From Diplonema japonicum (taxonomy: Eukaryota; Protista; Euglenozoa: Diplonemea), in the NCBI GenBank assembly GCA_964019335.1, contig OZ025705.1:124001-188000 (forward strand): a stretch of DNA of 64,000 nucleotides, given 5' to 3'. The stretch's first letter is position 1, and each line of letters begins with the position of its first letter. Both the position numbers and the translations under genes were made by a program. The notes under the pieces are model-generated. The model did no database searches. It saw only the letters and a program-made list of their open reading frames with translations, and was not told the origin of the DNA. Shown piece by piece: positions 10,527 to 22,755 of this stretch.

Positions 10527-12455
10527 TTACAGCTCATAACGAAAAGACTTCAGAGAAGCGTACCTGTGGTGAAGGAGCTGCACCGCTGAGGCACGCCGTT
10601 CAGGGCGACGTTGGAAGCAAGCCGAGAGGAAATCGGCCAGGTCGATGGGAAGCTTGTCTGCATTGATGCAGTCCGGCCAATTGTCAGAGGTTGTAATGGC
10701 ATACAACATTGTCAATGGCGAAGCGTATTCAGTCCACGGTGCACGGCCTGTGTGCATCTCAGCCACAACACAACCCAAAGCCCACACATCCAATTTTGTA
10801 GGATCATACTCATCTTTTTCAATCACTTCCGGTGCGATCCCTTGAGCGGTGTTCCCGCAAAATGTAAACGCTTTCTGCCTCGCAGACCTTGTAAACGGAT
10901 CCGTCGCTTCGGTAAAATTTGCAAGTTTCACAAGACCCGTGTTCTGTGAAACGAGAATCGTCGTGGCGTCAAGATTTCGGTGAGCTATCCCTTTATCATG
11001 TAGATATACCAACGCCTGTAACAAATGCCTTGTATACACCCTCACCACCGAGTCTGGGAAACTGTTATCGGGCATTTTTGCAAGCAAACTGTTCAACGGC
11101 CCGCCGGTTACAAATTCGAAAAACAGTTTTAGCTCGACGAGCTCGGGCGACGCTTCAGAAAATGCGAAACCGTAGAACCCTACGATATGCTTGTGCTGGT
11201 GTTCCTTCAACAGCGAGATTTCCTTCAAGGACTCCGCGTAGGCTTGTTCCTGTGTTTCTCTGTCTGCGACGGTAGATTTGATGGTGACTACCTCGCCAGA
11301 TGAGAGAAGGGCTAAATGGTGTGATTCATCAACTTGTTTAAATTTGTATAGCCGTCTTGTCCCCCATGGAGCGAATTCGTCCTTTCTCGGAGGCGGTCTT
11401 GATAATGGTTGAACAAAGGTGTGTTTTGAAAGATCGGCCATGGAGGCCCGTTTCGAAGGCTCGCGTTCAAAACATTGCCCAATAAATGATCTTGCTTCAT
11501 AGGGGAGGTCGCACGATGTGAAATTTGACGGTAGCCCGCCTTGTTCCATCTCGGCCATTAACATTAATGGGTTTAAATCGGTGTCCCAAGCTGGTTTCCC
11601 GGTCGTCATTTCAACAACAGTGCAGCCTAACGACCAAACGTCAGCTTTCATGGCGTCGTAGCCATCGTATCCATCTGCATCGCCGGGTGTTACAAGAACC
11701 TCTGGAGCCATCCAGTGAGGTGTGCCTATGAAGGTTGTAGCTTGTCGGACGTGTTTGTGTTTCTTCGTGTTTTTCCAGGCGGATCCGAAATCCGCAACTT
11801 TTGCGGTTCCGGTGTCGAAACACACCAAAATATTCTCGCATTTTATGTCACGGTGGGCGATTCTATTTCTGTGGAGATATCTCAGCCCAGAGACGATGTG
11901 CGAGGTGTATATCTTTGCGATTTCCAATGGGAGGTATCCATCGGGGAGCTGTTGTAGGATGCTTGATAACGCACCGCCTGAGATGTACTCTAGAAAGATG
12001 AAGAGCCGGGATTCGTCGAGATGCGAGCCTAGATAGTTCACAATGTTAGGGTGGGAAAGGGATTTCATGACACCGACCTCTTTGTGATAGTCTGTGGTGT
12101 GGCGTTGGTCGGCCGAGCCGATGCACTTGATAGCGCACCAACGGCCGTCTGGGAGCAAACCTGCTTTGACCGTTCCGAAGGTGCCGTGGCCGATGTCCCA
12201 CAGAGCGAGGAGGGAGCCGTGTTCTACTGGAAGACGCATGCATGCGGCGCATACCCGTTCCTTGTCGCCCTTAGGAGCCTTCGGGCAGCAGTTGTCGCAG
12301 AATATTTTCCCGCAAGCCCTGCAATGATGCCGCCATAAGAATAAGTTAAACGTTGCCATGCATTCTGTACAGGCTGCAGCGTCCTTTTGCCATACGGGGC
12401 CCTCTCCTCGGATGGCTGGGATCGCTATGTCCTCGCCGTCTACGCGAGTCCCCAT
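10527..12455 (-). CDS. FYVE-domain STE/MAP3K-like kinase with a second, degenerate (pseudo)kinase domain
   Basis: FYVE WQKD..CTEC..RHHCRACGKIFCDNC..RVCAAC; kinase 1 IGHGTFG, CAIK, HRDIKCEN, DFG, GTPHWMAPE; kinase 2 HRNLDATT, LANF, GIAPE. Confidence 0.93.
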   Translation of the reverse strand: MGTRVDGEDIAIPAIRGEGPVWQKDAAACTECMATFNLFLWRHHCRACGKIFCDNCCPKAPKGDKERVCAACMRLPVEHGSLLALWDIGHGTFGTVKAGLLPDGRWCAIKCIGSADQRHTTDYHKEVGVMKSLSHPNIVNYLGSHLDESRLFIFLEYISGGALSSILQQLPDGYLPLEIAKIYTSHIVSGLRYLHRNRIAHRDIKCENILVCFDTGTAKVADFGSAWKNTKKHKHVRQATTFIGTPHWMAPEVLVTPGDADGYDGYDAMKADVWSLGCTVVEMTTGKPAWDTDLNPLMLMAEMEQGGLPSNFTSCDLPYEARSFIGQCFEREPSKRASMADLSKHTFVQPLSRPPPRKDEFAPWGTRRLYKFKQVDESHHLALLSSGEVVTIKSTVADRETQEQAYAESLKEISLLKEHQHKHIVGFYGFAFSEASPELVELKLFFEFVTGGPLNSLLAKMPDNSFPDSVVRVYTRHLLQALVYLHDKGIAHRNLDATTILVSQNTGLVKLANFTEATDPFTRSARQKAFTFCGNTAQGIAPEVIEKDEYDPTKLDVWALGCVVAEMHTGRAPWTEYASPLTMLYAITTSDNWPDCINADKLPIDLADFLSACFQRRPERRASAVQLLHHRYASLKSFRYEL

Positions 12456-12518
12456 TTCCTGTTTCGAGGGGGGTTTTTTTTTATTGGGGCGAAATTTAAA
12501 AAAAAAAAAAAAAAAGAC

Positions 12519-12918
12519 TCAATGTGAAACCGCCTTCCGTTTCCTCGATAGTTTCTCCTCCAGCTCCCGTTGGTTTGAGTACGATGCAGCTCTTTCCGCA
12601 TCTCGTTTCTTCTTTTTTTGTTCGACTGTTTTTTTTTTGTTTTTTTTTGTAGTGGAGAAAAAAAGAGGGGGGGGCACCTTTCTGACACGCTTTCATCGCC
12701 TGATTTGCAAGTTCGTACGAATCCGCCAGCTGTTGGTCCACAGCGGCCTGATAGGCAGCTTGTTGCTGATTGTACACTGCGTACGACTCATAGTATTCTT
12801 TCCATGCCTTCAACTCTTCTTCCGTGTGTGTTGGTGCGGCTGCCTTGGTTTCCCCCTTTGGCTCCTCCTCTTTCTCGACCTTTTTAGGTTTTTTCGCAGC
12901 GGGCTCAGCTGGCGACAT
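12519..12918 (-). CDS. small basic/coiled-coil hypothetical protein, 2 exons
   Basis: Exon 12918-12678, phase-1 intron 12626-12677 (52 nt), exon 12625-12519 gives ...ACQKVEQKKKKRDAERAASYSNQRELEEKLSRKRKAVSH*. Confidence 0.6.
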
Positions 12919-13134
12919 TTGTACTATTTCGTTTTTTTTTTTTTTTTTAAAAAAATATAAAGTTTCTCTCTCTCTCTCTCTCCCCCTCCACTCAGCCAAC
13001 CTTTATTTTTTTTTTATCACTTTTTTTTTCCTTCTTCTATACACGGGACAGAGGGAAAATGGAATGAAAAACACTAATATAAATGCACACTTTTTTTTTT
13101 TTTTCTTCTCTCCCCACCCCTTTTTTCTTCTTCC

Positions 13135-14085
13135 TCACATCTCATTCGGGTTGGTGCTAGTGTAGCCAGCTTGCCGTGTTTCGTTCCAGTGGTCAAGGAA
13201 TCCTTTTTTGTCAGCCATAGTGAGGGACATGGCGCCCATGGAGCCGCCCTCGCAGAGCCTCGAAATCAGCGTCTTCTGCAAGGCAGTCACATCTGGCATG
13301 CTAGAGTACTGAGGGGTCTTCACACCAGAAACCGAAACGTATTTTAGGTAGTGAGAGGACCTGGACAACAACCCCGTGAAGTGCGCCGAGAAAGGGTACA
13401 CTTGGGGGAAAGCAGCGCTCCATCTTTTGCGGTCTGTTTCGTCCGCGTACACCAAGGCACGGAGGTGGAATTTTGTGTTTCTGAGGTCGAAGTTGCCGAG
13501 GAACCCCTTCGCGGGGGAAAGAACGCCCTTCCCGTTGGTGGGCGTCCCTTCGAAAAAAAGCACAAGGGGGACCCCTTTGGTTTTTGCGGTCAGAACGGCT
13601 TCCTTCACTGTTTTGTCGTACACGGCTTTGCTCTGCTCATCATATGAAAGTGTAGCGTGTTTCAAAGCGCCCAAGAACCCCTTCACCGCAATCTTGTCGT
13701 TGTTTGTAAAGGCAAAGACTGTCGCTCCTCGTCTGGCATGCTCGAGGATATCAATGTAACCGCAGAAATTTGTCAGAATTACGTCTCCTGGAAGGGGGTT
13801 GTTGTCGGCCTTCATGGAGGTGAGCGGCCATGTCTTATCGGGGATCGAAAAGAAACCCAGGGCGAACATCGAGAGTCGCACAAGAGGTCTGAAGGCGAAC
13901 CCAAAACCAGGCAGCATATACACCACTAGCGTCACCGGAACCACCACCAGAAGAATCGCTATTTTCACCACCAGTGAAAATCCTCCTAGAAACAGTTTCC
14001 CCAAAACACCTCTAGCCGGACCTTCCTCAGGGACAAACGGCTGTATACCTGTACCCGCGTCACCAAATCTTCTGTACTTCTCCAT
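13135..14085 (-). CDS. lysophospholipid acyltransferase, LOA1/VPS66-like
   Basis: N-terminal MEKYRRFGDAGTGIQPF typical of Loa1/Vps66; PGDVILTNFCGYID and LFFEGTPTNGKGVL acyltransferase blocks. Confidence 0.8.
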   Translation of the reverse strand: MEKYRRFGDAGTGIQPFVPEEGPARGVLGKLFLGGFSLVVKIAILLVVVPVTLVVYMLPGFGFAFRPLVRLSMFALGFFSIPDKTWPLTSMKADNNPLPGDVILTNFCGYIDILEHARRGATVFAFTNNDKIAVKGFLGALKHATLSYDEQSKAVYDKTVKEAVLTAKTKGVPLVLFFEGTPTNGKGVLSPAKGFLGNFDLRNTKFHLRALVYADETDRKRWSAAFPQVYPFSAHFTGLLSRSSHYLKYVSVSGVKTPQYSSMPDVTALQKTLISRLCEGGSMGAMSLTMADKKGFLDHWNETRQAGYTSTNPNEM

Positions 14086-15021
14086 TTTTTTTTCCCCCCC
14101 AACTCCCCCTCTTTTTTTTTTTGTTTTATTGAGAAATAAAAAAAAAAGAAAGGGAAAAAAAAAACTAGGAAAAAAAAAAAAAATAATAAATTGTGAACGG
14201 GGATGGGTGGGAAAGAAAATGGGGAGGGTGAATGGGGGGGATAAATAAATAAGGGGTGTGTGCGAGAAACCGACTTATAAAAGAATGAGAAAGGGGAAGG
14301 GGGGGGGTAATAAAAAAGGGCGCATGGAGACGGGGGGAGTAGAAGAAGAAGAAGAAGAAAAAGTGAATGGACTGCGCAAGTAAATAAGGTTTTCTTTTTT
14401 TTTTTTTTTTGCTCTTTTTTTTTTGTACACTGTGCGCCTGCGGGTGTGGGACAAAGGGATGGGGGAATGAAATGGGGAAAAAAAAAAGAATAACTCGCAA
14501 AACTTTTTAATCCCCCCCTAGTCCCCGTAAAGAAAAGAAAAAAATCGGGGGGGAGGATAATAATAAAATAGCGGGAGGGGAAAGGTGTATTTCCCCTTCT
14601 TTTTTTTTCCTCCTTTTTCCTTCCAAAAAAAACGGGAAAGCAATTAGCGTGATCCTTTAACGTTTCTGTAAAAGTAAAAAAAAAAAAAAAAATGAACAAC
14701 TTCTTGATCACTTACCCATGTTCCGAAGCTTGAAATATAATATAAAAAAAAAACGTTTCTTTCCATTCTTCTCCCCCTCTTTTTTTTCTTTTCTTTCTTC
14801 TCCCCCCCTTTTTTTTTGTTTGTATACGGCCGGCTGGTGTAGACCAACATAGATTGTGAAACCTAAGACGGCCGCCTTCTGCGTTTTTGTTATTATCCTA
14901 CTGTGAAACGAACTTTTTTTTTTTTTTTTCTGAAGCCCAGAATAACTTTCGTCAGGAAAAAGTGACGAGAAGAATAATAAGAAAAGAAAAAAAAATGACG
15001 AAATTTCTTTTTTCGTTTTAC

Positions 15022-15075
<54 letters not shown>

Positions 15076-15153
15076 CCTCTTCGCACCGCGGCTATCTACC
15101 ATCGCACATGGCAGAGAGAAAAAGAGGAAAGAAAGAACGGAAAAAAAAAAATG

Positions 15154-15184
<31 letters not shown>

Positions 15185-17369
15185 GTCTGCTAATTTCTTT
15201 TTTTTTTTTTAAATATTTCTTTTTTAAGTTACATAATTTAAGGCCGCACCCAGCTTAATTGTCAGTCATTCCGTAGCCACGCATTCTCTTCTGCGCCCAG
15301 ATTCCTCAGGGTGTATTTTTTTTCTTTTTTTCTTTTTCTGACGGCTTTTTTTTTTTTTTCTTTCCCTCAAGCATATTATATTGCTCTCCATAGGTAATGG
15401 GAATATTTAGATGAGCCCTCCCCAGCAGCCCATGTTTTTAAAAATGAATACAAAAGAAAATAAGATCGTAGTCCTTAAAATTCTGAGAGGAGGGGGTGGG
15501 GGGGGGGGGGGGGGGGCAGTCGGGTTCCGTTGCGGTCCATCAGAAAAATCTTTGGGCCAAAGCGAAGAAAAAAATTTAAAAAGAGGGGAATAAGTGAAAC
15601 AGTCAAATTGGAGAAGAATAAAAAAAAAAAAACATTTCTTTTGGTCAGTACTCCCCCCGCTTTTGCCGTGCCTCTACTTTTTTCGTATCACCAGTGGGGT
15701 GCTCCCCTATTCTTTTTATTCTCTTTTTTTCCCTTTCCCTCAATAGAACCCTGTGGCCAAACGATAAGAGCGGAGATGAGACCACAAAAAATAAACGATC
15801 TTTTATTTAAAAAAAAAATTGGCAGGGAAAAAAAAAAAAAAAAAAAAAAAAAAACAACAACAACAACAACAACAACAACACACACGCGAGCGCGCCAGAC
15901 TCTCGGACTCCCCCATATTTGTTTTTCTTCTTCTTTTTTTTTTTTTTTTTTTAAATCATTTATCTCATTATCGAAGCCCCATATCCTTTCTCTACCTACT
16001 TCCCAGGAAGGCACCTCAAGTGCCTATATAAAAAAAGGACCCCCCGCATTCTCCGAAAAAAAGTTGCCACTTAACATTTTCTTTTTTAAAAAAAATCGTG
16101 TGAGGTAGGTCATGTAAATTAAATTCACTATGATAAATAGGGGGAAGAGAGACTTAGCTAGCACAACTCACGCACAATTTCAAAAGATTTGTGGGAAGGG
16201 GGGGGGGGGGGGGGGACGGAGGAGAAAAGGAAAGATAAAGAAGAAAAGAAAAAAAAAAGAGAAAAAAAAAAAGGAAGGGGAAACATTTTACACATTTCCT
16301 GCCTCCTGCGGGCACCTGGGGTGCTAGGGAAAACATTTTTTTTAAAAACCCATATGAAAACCTCTTAATCTATCCCGAATTTCTTTTGAAAATGGTGTGC
16401 ATTTTCCTTCCGCCTCGACTTGGCTCACAGCTAATAATACTTGGACAGCTTCAGATACCTGTTCTTCCATGGGAAAAAGAAAAAAAAAAAAAAACAACGA
16501 GCCTGCAGAGCTTCAAGGCCGGGGAACAATAAAACAAAAAAAAAGACATCATAAAAAGTTCTGTGTGGTTAAAAAATGGATTTCACTATGATGGGAGTGA
16601 GGGGGGGTGCGAAATAAGCAAAACCCTACCAAAGAAGTAGAAATGGTAGGACACAGGCGCACACATATTTTCTCCAAGTTGTGGCTCCAGGGGGGTGTCC
16701 TTTGGGTTTGCAAATCTTTTGTGGAAAAAAAATAGGGGGAGAAAAGGGGAAAAAAGTGGGATTTTTTTTTTAATACATGAATAACTTTCCCCGAAATTTG
16801 TTTTCTCTTTTTTTTTTTTTTTTTTTCCTTCCAAGAAACAAAAACCATATTAAGAAAATGACTTTTTCAGGTGTTCAGTTGGGATGGTGTCGAAGATGTC
16901 GGGGGAGGGGGAAATCGGTTTCTTTTTTTTTTCTTCTTCCTCAAAATGTCCGGTTTATTTTCTTTTTTTTTTTCCCTTCAAGTTTCTGTTTCCTTTTGTT
17001 TAGTTAGGTATCATTTTCACATGATCACTGACATGGAAAAAAAAAAAAAAAGAAATCCCTATTTACAGACGTTCTTTTCTTCTTTTTTTTTCTCCCCCCT
17101 TCGCTCTCCCTTTTTCCTCCCACCCCCCCCCCCCCCCCCCCAGTTTCATTACAATTATTTTACCAATAAGGACCACTGCTTCGGTCAAAAAAAAAGTGGG
17201 TGGGAGATTGCACACCGCAACACAGTTAGTTTTTTTTTTTGACTGATGTATCAGATTTCTTCCCCCCCCCCCCCGGTCCTTTTTAAGGGATTAAAAAGGG
17301 AAGGAAGAACAAAAAACAAGTCCTTATTCCCCCCCCCACATAATTTTTTTTCAAAAAAAAACTTTTTTT

Positions 17370-18820
17370 TTAATTCCTTAGCTTTCTTCTTGTTAACCTC
17401 CGAACCTCTTCCAAATCAGGTACAAATGGGGGCGGATACTGCCTGGCTGCCACTAAAGACCAGTCAATTGATGAGAAAAAAGGATGAGTGTGGATTGCCT
17501 CGGAGTCAAGCCTTTGAGAAGGCTGTTTTCTAAGCAGCCTGGAAATGAGGTCCCTCGTGTCAGGGGGCACAAAAGCAGGGAAGTCGGGCTCGGCAAGAAG
17601 GATAGAATCGAAGACATCTTGCTCAGAACCTTGGAAGGGGAGCGCACCGGCAGACATCTCGAACAACAAAATCCCCAACGCCCAATGGTCCACCGCGTGA
17701 GTATGCCCGTCACTATTTAAAATCTCAGGTGCGAGATACTCTGCAGTTCCACAGAATGTTTCAGCTCTTGAAGTCGATGACAAGCTCCTAGCATGCCCCA
17801 TATCAGTTAGAACCGTGTGGCCATCACTATCAAGAACAACATTTTCCGGTTTTAAATCTCTGTACACGACACCTTTAGCATGGAGATAATCAAGCGCGCA
17901 GAGAATTTCAGCAGCGTGGAACATTGTACGTTCTCGTGAAAAATACCCTTCCGGTGTTAGGTCTAGGTGGAGGTCAAGATCACCACCTTCCAGCAACGGC
18001 ATTACAATGCATGGGACTCCGTCATATGAAAACACCGCCTCTGCCGAGATGATGAACGGACACTTCATTTCCATCAGTAAGGATTGTTCTCTTGTCCTCG
18101 CCGCCGCGCCTCTTCCCATTTTCACCGCTACCGTTCTTCCTGTGGTGTTGAGGATCGCCCTCCAGACCTCCCCGTAAGTTCCTTTCCCGACAAGTTCTTC
18201 AAGAGTAATGTCTTCCATTTTCAACGACCCGAGATCTGTGGAACCGGCCGAGTTATCTTGCGCTTGCGTGCTTCGGCGTGCATCCTGTTTGTTAATTTTT
18301 TTTTTTTTTTTTTGTTATATTACCTGTCTTGCTGCTCTTTTTAACTGATCGATCCATGTGTTTAATGTTGGGCCCACGTCGAGTTTTACCGTCTTGTCGC
18401 CGAAGGTGATTACTGCAATTCCTCCTATTTCCGCGACCTCTGCGCCAACCATTGAGTACCTCTTGACCATGTGTGTGTCGTCGATTGTGTAGCCCACTGG
18501 ATATTGTACCAAGAACGGGCCTCTTAGTTCGACAGTTGCTTCCTCTTGTCCGTCACCTGACACTTCTATGGGCATGATTCCCGTGACAGAAGGTGGGACC
18601 TGCAAAGGGTTGTGCTGTCGGGGGCCTGCACCTTCTTGTCCTTCCTTGACCTCGTCGCCCACCATTTCTTGCCATCTCGCTTCCTGTGCCAGGGCCATTG
18701 CCGTGCTTTGCTTTTCCTAGATTTTTTTTTTGTAAAAAAAGAACAAAAAATGTTTTAAAAAATGAGATTTGTTACCTTATTCCTCCTCAATGCCTTCAAC
18801 TCCTCCATCATGTCACCCAT
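17370..18820 (-). CDS. AGC-family Ser/Thr kinase with N-terminal PH-like region (Akt/PKB-like architecture), 3 exons, ~450 aa
   Basis: Exons 18820-18776, 18716-18324, 18284-17370 via phase-0 introns 18717-18775 (59 nt) and 18285-18323 (39 nt) join ORFs 18315-18698 and 17370-18224. Motifs VGKGTYG, YRDLKPEN, TDMG, TFCGTAEYLAPE, PPFVP; PH-like terminal helix LNTWIDQL. Confidence 0.85.
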
Positions 18821-19049
18821 TTTTCTATTTTCTTTATTTGGTTCGGTTGTGGTTTTTTTTTTTTATTATTTTTTTTATTTTTTTTTTCTTCCCTTTTCCC
18901 CACCCCTTCGTAGTGTTTTTTTTTTTTTTTTTTTTTCTTTTTTAAATCCGGATGGTGCAAAAACAAAAACAAAAAAAAACCGTAACATTATAACAAAAAA
19001 AAAACCCCCCCTTAATAAATAGTAATAAATAAATAAAAAAAAAAATACT

Positions 19050-20630
19050 TCAGTAAAGGTACGACGCAACAATCCTCACTATTTCGTACAAAACAAAGTT
19101 GTTGTAATGCGCCTGGTCAGACGACGTGTGTCCCATCAGCTGCGTGAGGGGGAAGGTGTCAACAAGGCGGAGCCTGTCGTGTTCCCTGAGGAGGGGAGCA
19201 AGATGCGATTTCGCAGCAGAGTTAAAAACAATCAGCCTAGGGTCCGTCCTCCAATCCTTAACCCCAACAGGGTAACCTTTCTTCGTGTCCGGGTACTTGG
19301 GAGAAGTAACCCAAACAAACGTCTTCCCTTCAGTAAGAAGAGAATTAACCTGAACCGCCCTATCAGCCATAGTGGTGTTAAACCGTTTAAACGGCCAATG
19401 CTTTCTCGATGCAGGGTGCTGACCAAACCCACCGACGACAGCGGAGTAGTGCCGGCCGTTCTTATGCACCTTATCGAGGTATGGGTCATCAAGGAAATGC
19501 AGTGAGACCTCACCGTTACGTAAGGTGGCTTTTTGTTTCCCCTTTACATTCTCAACACATTGTTCACCAGACGCGAAAAGGTATTGGTTCATGTGTTGCG
19601 GTGTACTGATGTTCCTTACACAGCCCAGCCCGTTCCCTTGCAGGAAGTTGACCAACCCGAAGTAGATAGAACGTAGCTGTGAGTCTCCTGTTACTAAAAT
19701 GCTTTTTCGGGGGAGATCCTTCACGTTGGTGGTGGGTAGAGTACAGGTGTCGAATGACCACTCCCACGCCTCGTCGATTTGTGGGTCCCATTGGAACACA
19801 ACGGGGGTTTTTTGAACTTTTTTCGAGCGTACTTTCGTGAATAGTTTTTTTGTCGGGTCGGTCACCACCCACCGTCCTGTTGTCTCTCGTCCTGTACAGG
19901 GGTTCTTGTTCTGTTTTGGTTGGTCGTTGTTGCATGTTAAAATATCGTCTGAGCTTGGAGAGAGTTGTCCCTCGTGGTAGTTGGTTTTCCGTTCTCGCAG
20001 TGCGGAGGTGCCTAGTTTCAAAATAGGTTCTTTCAGCAATGGCGGCCAGAAGTCTCTTGCCTCATCGATACCGTTCCACTCCTCATATAATACTTCTAGG
20101 ACGATATTGTGCACACCACGTTTTGTCAGATCAATCGAGCCAGAATACACGTTTTTTTCCGGATTGTATGTTAAAGAATTTGGCGGGCCTGATACTTCAT
20201 TGTGGGAGCGCAGGAAGAACCTGTAGTGGTCGGGGCCGTGGTCTTCCCGGAGGAATTTTTCGGTTTCCGGGTCGTTGGAAAATTTCCGGTTGAGTGGTGT
20301 GGAGGTGGGCTTTATAAGTATTTCGCCGTGGCATTTTTCGGGGTCGAAACAGGTTTTCACCGTGATGGTTTTCCGCTGAGTTTCGTGAATAACACATCCT
20401 TTTTCTTCTGTAAGGGATGGCTGTTGTTGTTGTTGTTGTTGTTGTTTTGGTGGGGAGGATTTTGTGGGGTCGTGCAATAATTGAGGCGGAGGCGTGGCTA
20501 CGAATCCTCCTTGGTTGTTGTCGCTAAAACCCGTCCCACCCCCAACTGCCATCCACAGCGCGAACCATATCATTAGAACAACACATGCAACCGCTTTCCG
20601 CTTTGGGGGGTTATTTTTATTCTCAGGCAT
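19050..20630 (-). CDS. type II membrane SGNH/PC-esterase family protein (TBL/NXPE/CPED1-like acyltransferase/esterase)
   Basis: N-terminal TM, TTGRWV..WEWSFDTC, LVTGDSQLR (GDS) and SSDQAHY (DxxH); start MPENK at 20630. Confidence 0.75.
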   Translation of the reverse strand: MPENKNNPPKRKAVACVVLMIWFALWMAVGGGTGFSDNNQGGFVATPPPQLLHDPTKSSPPKQQQQQQQQPSLTEEKGCVIHETQRKTITVKTCFDPEKCHGEILIKPTSTPLNRKFSNDPETEKFLREDHGPDHYRFFLRSHNEVSGPPNSLTYNPEKNVYSGSIDLTKRGVHNIVLEVLYEEWNGIDEARDFWPPLLKEPILKLGTSALRERKTNYHEGQLSPSSDDILTCNNDQPKQNKNPCTGRETTGRWVVTDPTKKLFTKVRSKKVQKTPVVFQWDPQIDEAWEWSFDTCTLPTTNVKDLPRKSILVTGDSQLRSIYFGLVNFLQGNGLGCVRNISTPQHMNQYLFASGEQCVENVKGKQKATLRNGEVSLHFLDDPYLDKVHKNGRHYSAVVGGFGQHPASRKHWPFKRFNTTMADRAVQVNSLLTEGKTFVWVTSPKYPDTKKGYPVGVKDWRTDPRLIVFNSAAKSHLAPLLREHDRLRLVDTFPLTQLMGHTSSDQAHYNNFVLYEIVRIVASYLY

Positions 20631-20767
20631 TTTCTTTTTCTTTTTTTTTTTTTTTTTGCCCACCCCAGCGGGGAGACTGGTTTTTTTTTTTGGAAGTGAG
20701 ACAAAAAAAAAAGTTTTTTTTTTCTTAGTGGGGGGGAGAGGAAAATAATAAAAAAAAAAATAATCGG

Positions 20768-20806
<39 letters not shown>

Positions 20807-21111
20807 AATATATGAGTTAAAAGGAAGTCTTTGTGAGACGCCCCCTTAAATAAAAACAATAAAAATAAAAACAATAAAATCTATTACTTCCTATAAAAAA
20901 CCCCCCTTTTCTTTTCTTTTTTTTTTCTTTTTTGCATATCATCGTAGAAGGGAGAGGATAAAATTGGGTTTTTCTTTTTATTTCTTCTTTATTATTTATT
21001 AAAAAAAACCTCATCCACCCTTTTTTAAAGAATAACGTCCACTGTAAGGCAAAATGGTATCTCCTTCTAGATTCACGTCCCATTGATGGGGGAGGGGTTC
21101 TGTAAGGTATG

Positions 21112-21158
<47 letters not shown>

Positions 21159-21161
21159 GCT

Positions 21162-21222
21162 CATCGACTGGGGCTTGTAGGGAACTAAGCTAAACATATT
21201 TCCAACAGGCTCTGAGTCGATG
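21162..21222. other. isolated ~60-nt stem-loop
   Basis: CATCGACT/AGTCGATG closing stem plus GGGGCTTGT/ACAGGCTCT and GGAA/TTCC pairing within low-complexity intergenic DNA. Confidence 0.4.
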
Positions 21223-21532
21223 TTTTAACGCGTAAATTAGTTGAGGGTTTTTTTCCCTCTTTTTTTTCCCCCCCAGGCTTTCGTCATTCCGAGTCACTCA
21301 CTCTGTACTTGGAAAATTGCACAAATGCCAATTTTGAAGTCAAAGGTGAGCGAAAAAAATGACTGGAGGGGGGCGGTACTGCTGAAGAATGAGGGGGAAA
21401 ATAAAAAAGGGGGGAGGGAAAACAAATTCGAAATGAGAAAAAAAGGGGGTGGGAAAAAAAAAAAAAACCATTTTTTGTTTGTTTATCCGGAGAGGCACTG
21501 TGGCTAAACCCATTAGACCGATCTTTACCTTC

Positions 21533-21583
<51 letters not shown>

Positions 21584-22755
21584 AGAGACATTTAAGGGTA
21601 CCTGCGGTATGTGACAGGACGCCTGAAAAAAAAAAAAGAAAAAAAAAAACAAAAAGAAAAAGCTCAAAGAACAGATTTTATTTTTTCTCCTCCTATCTCA
21701 GTTTTCTTTCTTCCTTTTTTGTGTTAAGACTCTCGAACTGATTTTCCTCTCTTTTTTTTTTTTTTTTTTTCTTTTTGGTAAATTATTTTTGTGCTCTTTT
21801 TCCGAGTGTTTTCCAACAAGAAGGGTGGGTGAGGGTAGGGGAAAAAAACAGGTTCATTTTCTTCCCCTCCCCTTACCCCTTTCTTTCTTTTTTGAAAAAA
21901 AAAAGCGAAAAACCCTGCGGCTTGGTCCATTGTGGATAAAATAATTAGGGTAAAGTACGTCACCTCATACTTTTGACAAGGGGGTCACCTTTGTACTTGG
22001 TTGAAGAATTAAAAAGAACGAAAAATAAAAAATAAAAGACTTTTATCTTTTACAAGAAAAAAAAAAAGGGAAAGGGAACCACAGGGAAACAGGGAAAGAG
22101 AAATATTGCATGCGCATTTCCCTCGATCGCACTCTGGTCCCTTTCATCTCCACCATTCTTTCCAATTTTTTTTTCATATTGAGTTTATTCTTCCCCCCCC
22201 CCCCCCTAGTTCGAGCGTAGAAAAAAAAAGGAAAGAAGAAAAACATAAAAACAGAGAAAGAACGAAAAAGGGGAGTAAGAGGTATTGGAAGGGAACCAAA
22301 TCCCCCCCCCCCCCCCCATCCCTTGAGCAACACATCAAAAAAAAGACACAAAAGACCGGTGATAGGCTTTGAAGCCAGTGTGGGGAGGTGGTGGGTGCAG
22401 GGAAAAAGGTTTTTCCCCCCCCCCTTTTGTTTTTTTTTTATGTTGCAATTTTGGTGTTCAGTTTTCTTTTTTTCCCTTTTCTTCTTTTTCCCTAATTGTT
22501 CAATTATTTTTTGTTTCCGTGTCGCCCCCCCCCCCCCCCCCCCTTCTTCACTCCCACAAAAACGGTTAGAAAACCAAAAAGAAAGGAGAATGAAGCACGG
22601 TAAGGGGGGGGAGGAGAGGAATAGCATGTTTTTTTTTTTAATTATTTCACAAACGAGGGGGTAAATGAACTTCTTTTTTTTTTTTCCAAATAGAAAAAAA
22701 AAAATCAAAGAGGAGATGAAGGATCTTTCCCCCCCCCCCCCCCCCCTGGCTCAAC

